From an uncultured Solirubrobacterales bacterium (lineage in GTDB: Bacteria; Actinomycetota; Thermoleophilia; Solirubrobacterales; 70-9): 64,000 nucleotides of DNA. Position numbers and translations under genes: made by a program. The stretch covers positions 101,454 to 165,453 of the forward strand of contig CAWFOA010000008.1 of NCBI GenBank assembly GCA_963817275.1, in the 5' to 3' direction. Shown here in pieces: positions 38,958-46,863 of this stretch. How positions within the stretch are numbered: the stretch's first letter is position 1; the number at the start of each line of letters is the position of its first letter. The notes beneath the pieces were generated by a model. That model had not been told where the DNA came from, ran no database searches, and saw nothing but the letters and a program-made list of their open reading frames with translations.

Positions 38958-39673
38958 GCCGCCAGCTCCTCGATCACGCCCAGGCAGTAGTCGTACCGGC
39001 CGATCGTCTCGGGTGAGTGGCTGTCGGTGCTCAGCAAGATCGACACGCCCGCGGCATGGAACGGGCGCAGCGTCCTTGCGGACGGGCAGCGCCAGCGCTC
39101 GTCGACCTCGATCGAGGCGCCGCTCTCGGCCGCGGCCTGGGCCAGTCTCTCGAGGGACTCCTGCGGAACGGCCGTCTCGTCCAGCCCGACCTTCGGCAGC
39201 ACGCTGAAGAGGTGAGCGATCACCAGATTCGGCCGCCGGGCGACGGCGTTGGCCGTCGCGGTGACGATCGACTCCACGACGGCCGCGGGATTCGTCTCGC
39301 CTCTTCCGATCGCCAGCCGGACCGCCGCTGGATCTGCGGGACCGTCCTCGAACGGCACCCGGTGGTCCGCCGCATAGATGCGATCGGCGCCGCCCGTGTC
39401 GGCGGGCAGGTCGAGCTCACCTGACGTGTCGAGAATCTTCGCTTCCAGGCCGCTGCGGACCTCCATCGTCATCCCCTCGCCCAGGCCCCGAACCTCCTCG
39501 GCGAACGCAGGGGCCCAGTCGGTGTCTCCCCGCACGTGGTCGACGCAGGTGAGCGCAACCAGTCCGGCTTTCTCCGCGGCCTTCAGGTTTTCCGCGAGCG
39601 TCCCGGCACCGTCCGAGTAGGTGGAGTGGACGTGCATGTCCTGGTCGGGGGCGGGTAGCCCGTTGGAGCTCAT
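38954..39673 (-). CDS. PHP-domain metal-dependent phosphoesterase
   Basis: 239 aa. It has DMHVHSTYSDGAGT (HxH metal site), CVDHV and LSTDSHSP. It shares 4-nt overlaps with both neighbours. Confidence 0.75.
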   Translation of the reverse strand: MSSNGLPAPDQDMHVHSTYSDGAGTLAENLKAAEKAGLVALTCVDHVRGDTDWAPAFAEEVRGLGEGMTMEVRSGLEAKILDTSGELDLPADTGGADRIYAADHRVPFEDGPADPAAVRLAIGRGETNPAAVVESIVTATANAVARRPNLVIAHLFSVLPKVGLDETAVPQESLERLAQAAAESGASIEVDERWRCPSARTLRPFHAAGVSILLSTDSHSPETIGRYDYCLGVIEELAA

Positions 39674-40686
39674 GTCGGCACCGCCTCGGCACCCGCAGCA
39701 CTCTCGAGCGCCGCGAGCTCCTCGACGTCAACCGGGACGTCCTCGAACACGCGGGTCATAGCGACGTCACGAAACTCGAGCGGCCCAGGAGGAACCGGCT
39801 CCCCGAGCAGCTCGCCAAGCGCGAGCCGCGGCATGTTCACGCCGCTCGCGACGGTCAGCGGCATCGTGCCCGGGAACCGCGGGTTGATCTCGATCAGGCC
39901 GAGGGGTACCACCGGCGTCCCGCATCACCTGGACGTTCGCGACGCCGGTCATCCCGGCGGCCTCGGCGGCTCGAGCGCCGATGGACTCGAGCTCGTCGTC
40001 GTGGACTGTCCGGCTGGTGATCGCGATTCCGGAATCGACCCGTAGTCGCTCCCGAGGGACCACCGCACGTATCTCGCCCGCCTGGGTCGCGAGTACGTCG
40101 AGGGAGTACTCGGGGCCCGGCAGGTGCTCCTGGACGAGCAGGGACCGGTCCCTGACGCCGCCGAGCCCGTCCCGGAGTTGACCCGCCGGACGCCGCGAGA
40201 TCCGCTCCCGACCCGCGGCTTGACCAGTACGGGGAGCTCGAAGGCCGTGGGGTCGAAGTCATCGTCGAGAGGAGCCGAGCGCGGGATCGGCACGGAGCCG
40301 TCCGCGATCTGCATCAGCGCCCACTTGTCGAGGCAGAGGCGCAGCGCCCTGGTCGGCGCCACCAGCACCGAGACGCCGGCGGCCGCGAACTCGTCTCGGC
40401 TCTCCGCCAGAGGCACGAGCTCCGAGTCGACGGTCGGCACGACGGCGTCAACGACCCGCTCGCGGCAGACCTCGAGTACCGCCTCCACGAATCCCGGGTC
40501 GTCCCCGCGCGGGAGCAACACCCTGCGAGATGTATCGACGAGGAAGAGGCCCGGCGCGTGAGGGTCGATGTCGGCGGACAGGAACTCCAGAGACTCGCCG
40601 CGGAGCGCGCGCATGAACGAGAACCCGGAGGGTCCCCCGGTGCCTGTGACCAGAATCCGGGGGCTTTGCCCGTTACCAGGTGGCAT
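39670..40686 (-). pseudogene. ATP-grasp enzyme, interrupted by two frame changes near 40190 and 39905
   Basis: Three frame segments must be joined. They read RILVTGTGGPSG...ELPVLVKPRVGSGSRGV, then GQLRDGLGGVRDRSLLVQEHLPGPEYSLDVLA...GVANVQVMRDAGG, then PLGLIEINPRFPGTMPLTVASGVNMP. Both junctions lie at short G or C runs. Confidence 0.7.
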
Positions 40687-41785
40687 GGAGGCTGGTCGCC
40701 CCGCCGTGCTCCACGGTTCCGTCGTCCCGCACCCCGACGCCGGGGACGATGTCCCCTTCGCGGATCACCTCGAGCGGTTCGGCATAGAGCGAGGTCGCGA
40801 AACGGCCCCAGTAGCGCGCGGTCGCGTTGAGGAGGTCCGGAGCGAGGTAGCTGCGGATACTGGTCTGCGACTCGAAGGCTCCGATCGCCTCGAGCTTGCG
40901 CTCGAGCACGTCATCGATCGAGATGAACCTGCTGGGGCGGAACTCAACCGTGGTCGAAGGCGTCTGGTAGGCGTAGATCCGGGGGACCCGCCTGCCGGCG
41001 ACGAGGCTGGCGTTGTGAGCGGCACGATGGTCCTGGTGTACGTCCCGCGAGCTGTGCGTGTAGATCGTCGTCGGCTTGACCTGCTCGACCACCTCCGAGA
41101 TCGCCTGGATTGTCGCGGCGGTCTCAGAGATCGCCGTGTCATCCAGATCCAGCATGTGGAGCTCCGCCGCCATCAGCTCGGCCGCCCTCTCGGCCTCGTC
41201 GATTCGGATGCCCGGCTGACCGCCGGCCTCGCCGTTGGTCAGCGTGAGGAGATGGACGTCGTGGCCGACGCCGCTGTGCCTGAGCAGCACCCCGCCGCAG
41301 CCGATCTCGATGTCGTCGGGGTGGGAGCCGATCGCCAGCACGGTCTCGTGCGGGCGGCGCAGGGTCCGGTTGAAGCGGTCCGTGGAGATCGCCTTCCTGA
41401 CCTTCGTCCGGAACTCCTCAGGGTCGAACGGCTTCGAGATGTAGTCCACGGCGCCGGCTCGAATGGCCTTGACGGCGTAATCGAAGTTCTCCTTCGCGCT
41501 GACGACGATCGCCATCAGCTGGGGGTACCGGGACTTGGCCTGCTCAAGAAACTCGAGCCCGTTGATCCCGGGCAGCTCGACGTCGACGAGGACCAGATTC
41601 CACTCACCGTCGAGCAGTCGCTCCAGGCCGTCCTCGGCGTTCGTCACAACGCTAACTTCGCCGACATCGGCGAGCGTGCGCCGAATCAGCTCGGCGACGA
41701 CCTCTCCGTCTTCCACGAGCAGAATGCGCGGTTTCTCTTCGCCGATGAACATTGGGATTGGTCGGTCCTCTCCCCCGAGGGACAC
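40673..41785 (-). CDS. Response-regulator receiver domain fused to a PIG-L/LmbE-family N-acetylglucosaminyl deacetylase
   Basis: 370 aa, with an alternative ATG at 41752. The REC domain has RILLVEDGE, LVLVDVELPG (phospho-Asp), IVVSA and ISKPF. The PIG-L domain has AIGSHPDDIEIGCGG and DVHQDHRAAH zinc motifs. Confidence 0.85.
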   Translation of the reverse strand: MSLGGEDRPIPMFIGEEKPRILLVEDGEVVAELIRRTLADVGEVSVVTNAEDGLERLLDGEWNLVLVDVELPGINGLEFLEQAKSRYPQLMAIVVSAKENFDYAVKAIRAGAVDYISKPFDPEEFRTKVRKAISTDRFNRTLRRPHETVLAIGSHPDDIEIGCGGVLLRHSGVGHDVHLLTLTNGEAGGQPGIRIDEAERAAELMAAELHMLDLDDTAISETAATIQAISEVVEQVKPTTIYTHSSRDVHQDHRAAHNASLVAGRRVPRIYAYQTPSTTVEFRPSRFISIDDVLERKLEAIGAFESQTSIRSYLAPDLLNATARYWGRFATSLYAEPLEVIREGDIVPGVGVRDDGTVEHGGATSLHATW

Positions 41786-41859
41786 GACTTGTTATCGGCA
41801 GATCCACGCCTGGACTACAGCCTGGCGTGCGTAAAAAGCCGCAGATCCGGTGCGGGCGT

Positions 41860-42729
41860 CTACTTCAGCTTGAAGGCGCGAATGCGGTCGCGGTGCGCAG
41901 CCTCGTCGCGGGAGTACACCCCGTGAGCCAGCGCCTGGACCAGGCCCATCAGCGCCGCATTGGAGCGAATGTAGGACGGGCCGTTGGATGAGTAGTAGAG
42001 CATCAGCTCCGAGTGCTCCGCCACGTCTGACAGCGTCGCGTCTGTGATCGACATTGTCCGCGCCCGGCGGTGCCGGGCCAGCTTCAGCGCTCGGAGGATG
42101 AGCGGATGCGCGCGCCCGGCGGTCAGCACGACCAGCAGGGTGTCCTCGTCCATGCGCGAGAGCTTCTGGATGTTGTCCTGGCTCGGCGAGGCGACGATGT
42201 CCGCGCGAACGTCGAGCAACCCGAGCAGATGCCGGAGGTAGCTGGCGAAGAAGGCCATCTGCTCGACACCGACGATCAGGACGCGCCTGGAGGTCGCGAG
42301 TGCCGAGACCGAGGCCTCGATCTGCTCGCGGGTCAGGCTGCGCGCCGTCTCCTCGATGTTCGAGTAGTCCGCGCCCAGCGAGGCCTCGAACTCAGAGTGG
42401 TCGAAGTTGAAGAGGGCCGCGGCGCCGGCGCCCCCGTTGCCGCTCGGCGCTCCCTCGGCGACCTTGTGCCGGTACTCCTCGATGGCCGCCTGCTGAAGCT
42501 CGGGGTAGCCGTCGAAGCCGAGTGCTTGCGAGAAGCGCACGACGGTGGATGAGGACGTGTTGGCGCGCCGGGCCAGCTCCTCGGCGGTCTGGAAGGCCGC
42601 CTCGTCAAGATGATCGACGATGTAGCGAGCCACGTCCTTCTGGGAGCGCGAGAAGTCGTCGAACCGCTCGGTGATGAAGTCCGAGAGGCTCTTGCGCGAG
42701 GATTGGGTCTTGGTCGCGGTCCGTGCCAC
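41860..42729 (-). CDS. RpiR-family transcriptional regulator (HTH plus SIS phosphosugar-binding domain)
   Basis: A GTG at 42729 (VARTATKTQSS...) is the likely start. It has FSRSQKDVARYIVDHLDEAAFQTAEELARRANTSSSTVVRFSQALGFDGY, followed by a SIS domain (RVLIVGVEQMAFFASYL). Confidence 0.8.
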   Translation of the reverse strand: MARTATKTQSSRKSLSDFITERFDDFSRSQKDVARYIVDHLDEAAFQTAEELARRANTSSSTVVRFSQALGFDGYPELQQAAIEEYRHKVAEGAPSGNGGAGAAALFNFDHSEFEASLGADYSNIEETARSLTREQIEASVSALATSRRVLIVGVEQMAFFASYLRHLLGLLDVRADIVASPSQDNIQKLSRMDEDTLLVVLTAGRAHPLILRALKLARHRRARTMSITDATLSDVAEHSELMLYYSSNGPSYIRSNAALMGLVQALAHGVYSRDEAAHRDRIRAFKLK

Positions 42730-42836
42730 GGGCGATGATTTCGCTGCCCGCCTGGGTTTCCCTTCTTGAATTCGCGCGAATGTGGTTGGATCGTCGGGTG
42801 AGCCTCGACGACCAGCTCCGCAGGACGAACCGAAAC

Positions 42837-43187
42837 ATGATCGCGTTTGACCTCCTGCTGGGGTCAGGCGCACTCCTGGCGCCCTCCCAGACGCTGCGCG
42901 TGCTCGGTCACGACGAGCCCTCGAGTGACGCGAAGGAGCTCTTTCGCCGCTGCGGCCCGATCTGGCTGACCTTCGCGGCCGCACACCTGGTGGCCTACCG
43001 CCGCAACAGGCCCAAGGACTGGTGGGCGCTGTCCTGGCTGCGTGGAACAGAGCTGGCGACCGACATCGTCTGGTCGCGGTCCCCGGCTTTCTCGCGACCC
43101 GGGGCCCGGGCCGGACTCTGGTTCGCCGGGCTCAGCAACCTGGCGATGACGCTGGGCTTCGCGTATCTCTCGCGAACGGAGTCCTAG
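42837..43187 (+). CDS. Small hypothetical membrane protein
   Basis: About 116 aa from the ATG at 42837 (MIAFDLLLGSGALLAP...), with 3-4 hydrophobic segments. It is divergent from rpiR. I recognise no family. Confidence 0.4.
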   Translation: MIAFDLLLGSGALLAPSQTLRVLGHDEPSSDAKELFRRCGPIWLTFAAAHLVAYRRNRPKDWWALSWLRGTELATDIVWSRSPAFSRPGARAGLWFAGLSNLAMTLGFAYLSRTES

Positions 43188-43197
43188 AACAGGGCGC

Positions 43198-43677
43198 TCA
43201 AACGGATCCCGGGTTCGAGCTGCAGACCCTGAACCCCAGCGAGACGGCGAGCCTTCTTCGCTGGGGGGCTGTGTGCACCACCGCGGCCTGCGCGGCCGCA
43301 TACGCCTTGGAGTCCTGGTTCTCGGCGGCGTCTTGTCCGGCCTTCATCTGGTCGATTGCCCGGTCCCGCGCGCTCAGGTAGCTGTCCAGCGACGCCCGTT
43401 GGGCCTCCGGTGGCTCCAGATCGCCAAGGCCTGAATTCGCATTCTCCGAGACCTGGATCAGCTGCTTGGTCTGTTCGGCGGCATCCGAGGCGTTGCCCAG
43501 AGGGTGGGCCTGGATCTGCCTGAACTTGGTCTGCTCGTCCCGGCAGATCGCATCCCCCTTCTGAACCAGCTCGGCGGCGCTGATCTGCTCCTTACCCCCT
43601 CCGCCGCATCCCGCGGCGCCCAGGGCAAGGATCGCGACGGCCGGAAGGACGAGAAGAGATCGTCTGGCGGGGGACAT
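43198..43677 (-). CDS. Lipoprotein, function unknown
   Basis: It has a lipobox signal MSPARRSLLVLPAVAILALGAAGCGGG. The ATG at 43677 is preferred over the longer track ORF. Confidence 0.6.
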   Translation of the reverse strand: MSPARRSLLVLPAVAILALGAAGCGGGGKEQISAAELVQKGDAICRDEQTKFRQIQAHPLGNASDAAEQTKQLIQVSENANSGLGDLEPPEAQRASLDSYLSARDRAIDQMKAGQDAAENQDSKAYAAAQAAVVHTAPQRRRLAVSLGFRVCSSNPGSV

Positions 43678-43945
43678 TGAAAACACGACTCTAGCCACGG
43701 CCGGAGCGCCTGCTTCAATACGACGACCAGAGAAAGGAGGTGGTCCTAACTTGAATTCCATGCTTGACGGGACTCTGGAGGTGCAGGGCCGCTAGGCCTG
43801 GGCGCTGAGTAGGGCCCTTGGGGCCGGTGGACGGCACGCGGCCGTCCGGCGGAATCCAACCCGGGCACCGGCGAGCAAGGGGAGGTGGGAGCCGTCCCGC
43901 CCCACCGCCAATCCCCAGCCCGTTCAGAACCGCGTTACATGCGAA

Positions 43946-43969
43946 GGGCCGCCTCCCAGGAGGCGGCCC
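43946..43969 (-). terminator. GC-rich hairpin downstream of the coiled-coil protein gene
   Basis: GGGCCGCCUCC..GGAGGCGGCCC forms a near-perfect inverted repeat 24 nt after the stop codon, flanked by UUCG on both strands. There is no long U tract. Confidence 0.45.
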
Positions 43970-43992
43970 TTCGTGCTTCAGGTTGGAGGTGT

Positions 43993-44370
43993 CTAGCCCC
44001 CGAGGTTGCTGACCCTGGTGTCCAGCTTGTTGACGTCGTTCTGGAGGTTCTTGATGTCGGTCGCCTGGGTCGCGGTCGTCGTGTTCAGCGTGTTGACGCT
44101 GGTCTGGATCGCGTTCACAGATGTGCGCAGGGCGCGCAGCTGCTTGTTGACGCTCTCCGTCACGCCGGCCGCCTTGGTGGCCTGGGCCTGCTCGGCGCCC
44201 TGGACCTGTGAGGCGGTGGTGCCGAGTTGCTGCTCGAGCTGAGCCTTGGTTGCATCGGCGATGTCCTGATCGCTCTTGTTGCCGTTCTTGGCGCTGATTC
44301 CGATTACGAGGCCGACGACGCCGACAACGAGCGCCAGTCCGGCCAGGATCAATGCGGTTCGTGGGTTCAT
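43993..44370 (-). CDS. Membrane-anchored coiled-coil protein
   Basis: 125 aa. It has an N-terminal TM helix (ALILAGLALVVGVVGLVIGI), then a Q/T/N-rich heptad-like sequence (VNAIQTSVNTLNTTTATQATDIKNLQNDVNKLDTRVSNL). Confidence 0.55.
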   Translation of the reverse strand: MNPRTALILAGLALVVGVVGLVIGISAKNGNKSDQDIADATKAQLEQQLGTTASQVQGAEQAQATKAAGVTESVNKQLRALRTSVNAIQTSVNTLNTTTATQATDIKNLQNDVNKLDTRVSNLGG

Positions 44371-44474
44371 GCGCCGAACCTAACCACTGGCCTGGACGTC
44401 TCCTGTGAAGTCTTCGCGTCGCCGTTACGCTGGCTCCAGTGGTGGATCGGGCGGACACCGGAGAGTCGGCCTCG

Positions 44475-45410
44475 ATGAGGGCACCGTGCTGCGCACCGAA
44501 TCCGCGCCACGAGGCTCCGCCCGAGCCGACCGTGGCAGTCACCGCCGGCACCGGGACCCGGGCGGAGGACATGCTTCTACTCGAGGGCGGCTCGTTCCTG
44601 ATGGGAAGCGACGACCGCTGGGCCTACCCGGCCGACGGCGAGGGGCCCGTGCGCGAGATCTCGCTCGACTCGTTTTGGATCGACCGCGTGGCCGTCTCGA
44701 ATCAGGCCTTCAGTTCGTTCGTCGACGCGACGGGATATGCAACCGAGGCCGAGCGGTTCGGCTGGTCCTTCGTCTTCGCCGGGCTGCTGCCGGACGACTT
44801 CCCGCCCACCCAGGCCGTCGTCGAGGCTCCCTGGTGGCGCAAGGTGGATGGAGCCGACTGGCGGCATCCGGAGGGTCCGCAGTCATCCGTCGACGATCGC
44901 CCTGGTCACCCCGTCCTTCATGTGTCCTGGAACGACGCGCAGGCTTACTGCACCTGGGCCGAACGGCGCCTGCCGACCGAGGCCGAGTGGGAGTTCGCCG
45001 CGCGCGGCGGACTCGAGGGCAAGGTCTTTCCCTGGGGCGACGAGCGCGAGCCGGGAGGTGAGCACCGGATGAACGTCTGGCAGGGCGCTTTCCCGACCAA
45101 GAACACCGAGGCCGACGGCTACTACGGGACCTGCCCGGTCGACGCCTTCCCGCCCAACGGCCACGGGCTGCACAACATGACCGGCAACGTCTGGGAATGG
45201 GCCGCGGACTGGTTCGATCCGAGATTCCGCCAGCAGGATCGGGATCACGACCCCCGTGGTCCTGCCGAAGGCCTCGTCAGGATCCAGAAGGGCGGCTCAT
45301 ACCTCTGTCATGACTCCTACTGCCGGCGCTATCGGGCGGCCGCCCGGCAGGGCAACGCGCCGGACAGCTCAACCGGGAACGTCGGCTTTCGCTGCGCCCG
45401 CGACGCCTGA
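44475..45410 (+). CDS. Formylglycine-generating enzyme (SUMF1/FGE family)
   Basis: It has HPVLHVSWNDAQAYCTWAERRLPTEAEWEFAARGG, NVWEWAADW, GGSYLCHDSYCRRYR and NVGFRCARD. The start is at 44475 or 44439. Confidence 0.9.
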   Translation: MRAPCCAPNPRHEAPPEPTVAVTAGTGTRAEDMLLLEGGSFLMGSDDRWAYPADGEGPVREISLDSFWIDRVAVSNQAFSSFVDATGYATEAERFGWSFVFAGLLPDDFPPTQAVVEAPWWRKVDGADWRHPEGPQSSVDDRPGHPVLHVSWNDAQAYCTWAERRLPTEAEWEFAARGGLEGKVFPWGDEREPGGEHRMNVWQGAFPTKNTEADGYYGTCPVDAFPPNGHGLHNMTGNVWEWAADWFDPRFRQQDRDHDPRGPAEGLVRIQKGGSYLCHDSYCRRYRAAARQGNAPDSSTGNVGFRCARDA

Positions 45411-45434
45411 CGCGGTCATTCACCTCGCCGCGGA

Positions 45435-46140
45435 TCAATTCGCGCGCCCACCGGCCGGCACATCGAAAGCCTGCATGACCCCACCGACGGCGAAGCAAAG
45501 CGCGCCGGTCAGCGTGCCCCAATTGGCGATGTCCACATTGACCTCGTTCATGGTCTCGGGCCTGGTGAAGGCCGCGAGCGCCGAGATCATGAACAGGATC
45601 GAGCCGATCTGGTTGACCGCGACGATCGCCCAGCCGAGGTCCCGCCGCCGAAGGCATGGACGAGAGCGGTGGCAGATCTCGGCCATCGCCAGGTGCCCGG
45701 AGATCAGGAACAACACGCACCCGATCACCTCCGGCTTCCAGATCAGTCGGTTGACCCCATGGGTGCTGAGGCCGTCGATGAACGAGTCGGTCAGGCTGAC
45801 ACCGAAGGCAAGGGTCCCGGCGAAGAGGACGAATGTGCTCAGCCAATCGATCGCTCTGGGCTCATACGACCACCAGCGCCAGGGCTCCGTGGCTAGCACG
45901 CCCTCGGCGTCCGACACTCCGTGGTGCGTTGATCGCCCCCAGCAGCGAGGCGTACGCCCCGGTGCTGAAGAAGAGGCCACCCACGAGGTAGATCGAAGCG
46001 GCTGTCGTCGCGTCGCCGGAACCGAGTTCCGCCACGGTGGCGCCGAGGGCGAACAGCGAACCGCCGACCGTGAATGCTCCCGCGGCAACCAAGTTGATCC
46101 GCCGCAAGCGCCGGGCAACGACCGCCGAGGCTCGGACCAC
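45435..46140 (-). CDS. Multi-pass membrane protein of unknown function, frameshifted near 45925
   Basis: The N-terminal part MVRASAVVARRLRRINLVAAGAFTVGGSLFALG...STGAYASLLGAINA is in one frame. The rest, HHGVSDAEGVLATEPWRWWSYEPRAIDWLSTFVLFAGTLAFG...ALCFAVGGVMQAF, is in another. Confidence 0.5.
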
Positions 46141-46323
46141 CCTCCCCTCCCCACGCGTTCCGGATCGAAGCGAAATCGTGCCGCGTTTACGAGCGCGCCG
46201 GGACTCCCAGACCGCCTCCCGCTCGCCGGGGACGCGCCACTTGACCAGACTCGTGAACGGGCCTGCGCCCCGGCCCTCAGCGAGCTTCCAAGCTATATGT
46301 GAGTCGATCGGCCGGGGGACGGA

Positions 46324-46836
46324 TCAGCCACTCTGCTCGGCCATCTTCTTTTGTGCTTCCGCAAGGGCTCCCTCCACCGCCTGGACATGGCGCCCTTCAG
46401 CCTCCCCCTTCACCTTCGTTACGGTGCGGGTAACCGCGGCTTCGATCTTCTCGGCCTCCGACTTCGAGTACACGACGATCAGGCCCGCGCCGCCGAGCGG
46501 GATCGTCTCGCCGGCCTGATCGCCGATCTTCTCGGCCGTCTTGTGGTGAAGCAGCTCGCCGCCACCGGCGCCCAAGGCGGCCCCGATCGCGGTCGACAGG
46601 AGCAGCGGCGGTGCGACCAGCCCAACCGCCAACCCGACACCGCCCAGGGCCGCCGTCCCCTCGCGAACCATGTGGTCCGTCTCCTCGACCGACAGGTTCC
46701 CCTGGAGGTCCTTGCCGATCAACGCCATTCCCTGAAGGTGGGCGCCGCTCTCGTGGACCGCTCTGTAGTCATCCTCGGCCGCCTCCTTCGAGAGGTAGCC
46801 GCCGATCAGGACGTCGATCGTGTCATGCAGCTTCAT
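46324..46836 (-). CDS. Hypothetical stress-type membrane protein (DUF1269-like guess)
   Basis: 170 aa. A soluble N-terminal domain is followed by a Gly-rich hydrophobic stretch (GGVGLAVGLVAPPLLLSTAIGAALGAGGG). The family assignment is only my recollection. Confidence 0.45.
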   Translation of the reverse strand: MKLHDTIDVLIGGYLSKEAAEDDYRAVHESGAHLQGMALIGKDLQGNLSVEETDHMVREGTAALGGVGLAVGLVAPPLLLSTAIGAALGAGGGELLHHKTAEKIGDQAGETIPLGGAGLIVVYSKSEAEKIEAAVTRTVTKVKGEAEGRHVQAVEGALAEAQKKMAEQSG

Positions 46837-46863
46837 CGAACACCTCCTCGCGGGTCCGGCCGC

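Noticed and set aside
43762-43945. A possible small RNA (6C-like C-rich loops) in the 315-nt spacer between the coiled-coil protein and lipoprotein genes
   Set aside because: It contains only short GC hairpins (GGACGGC/GCCGTCC, GGTGGG/CCCACC). It lacks the two C-rich loops that define 6C RNA, and conservation cannot be assessed here.
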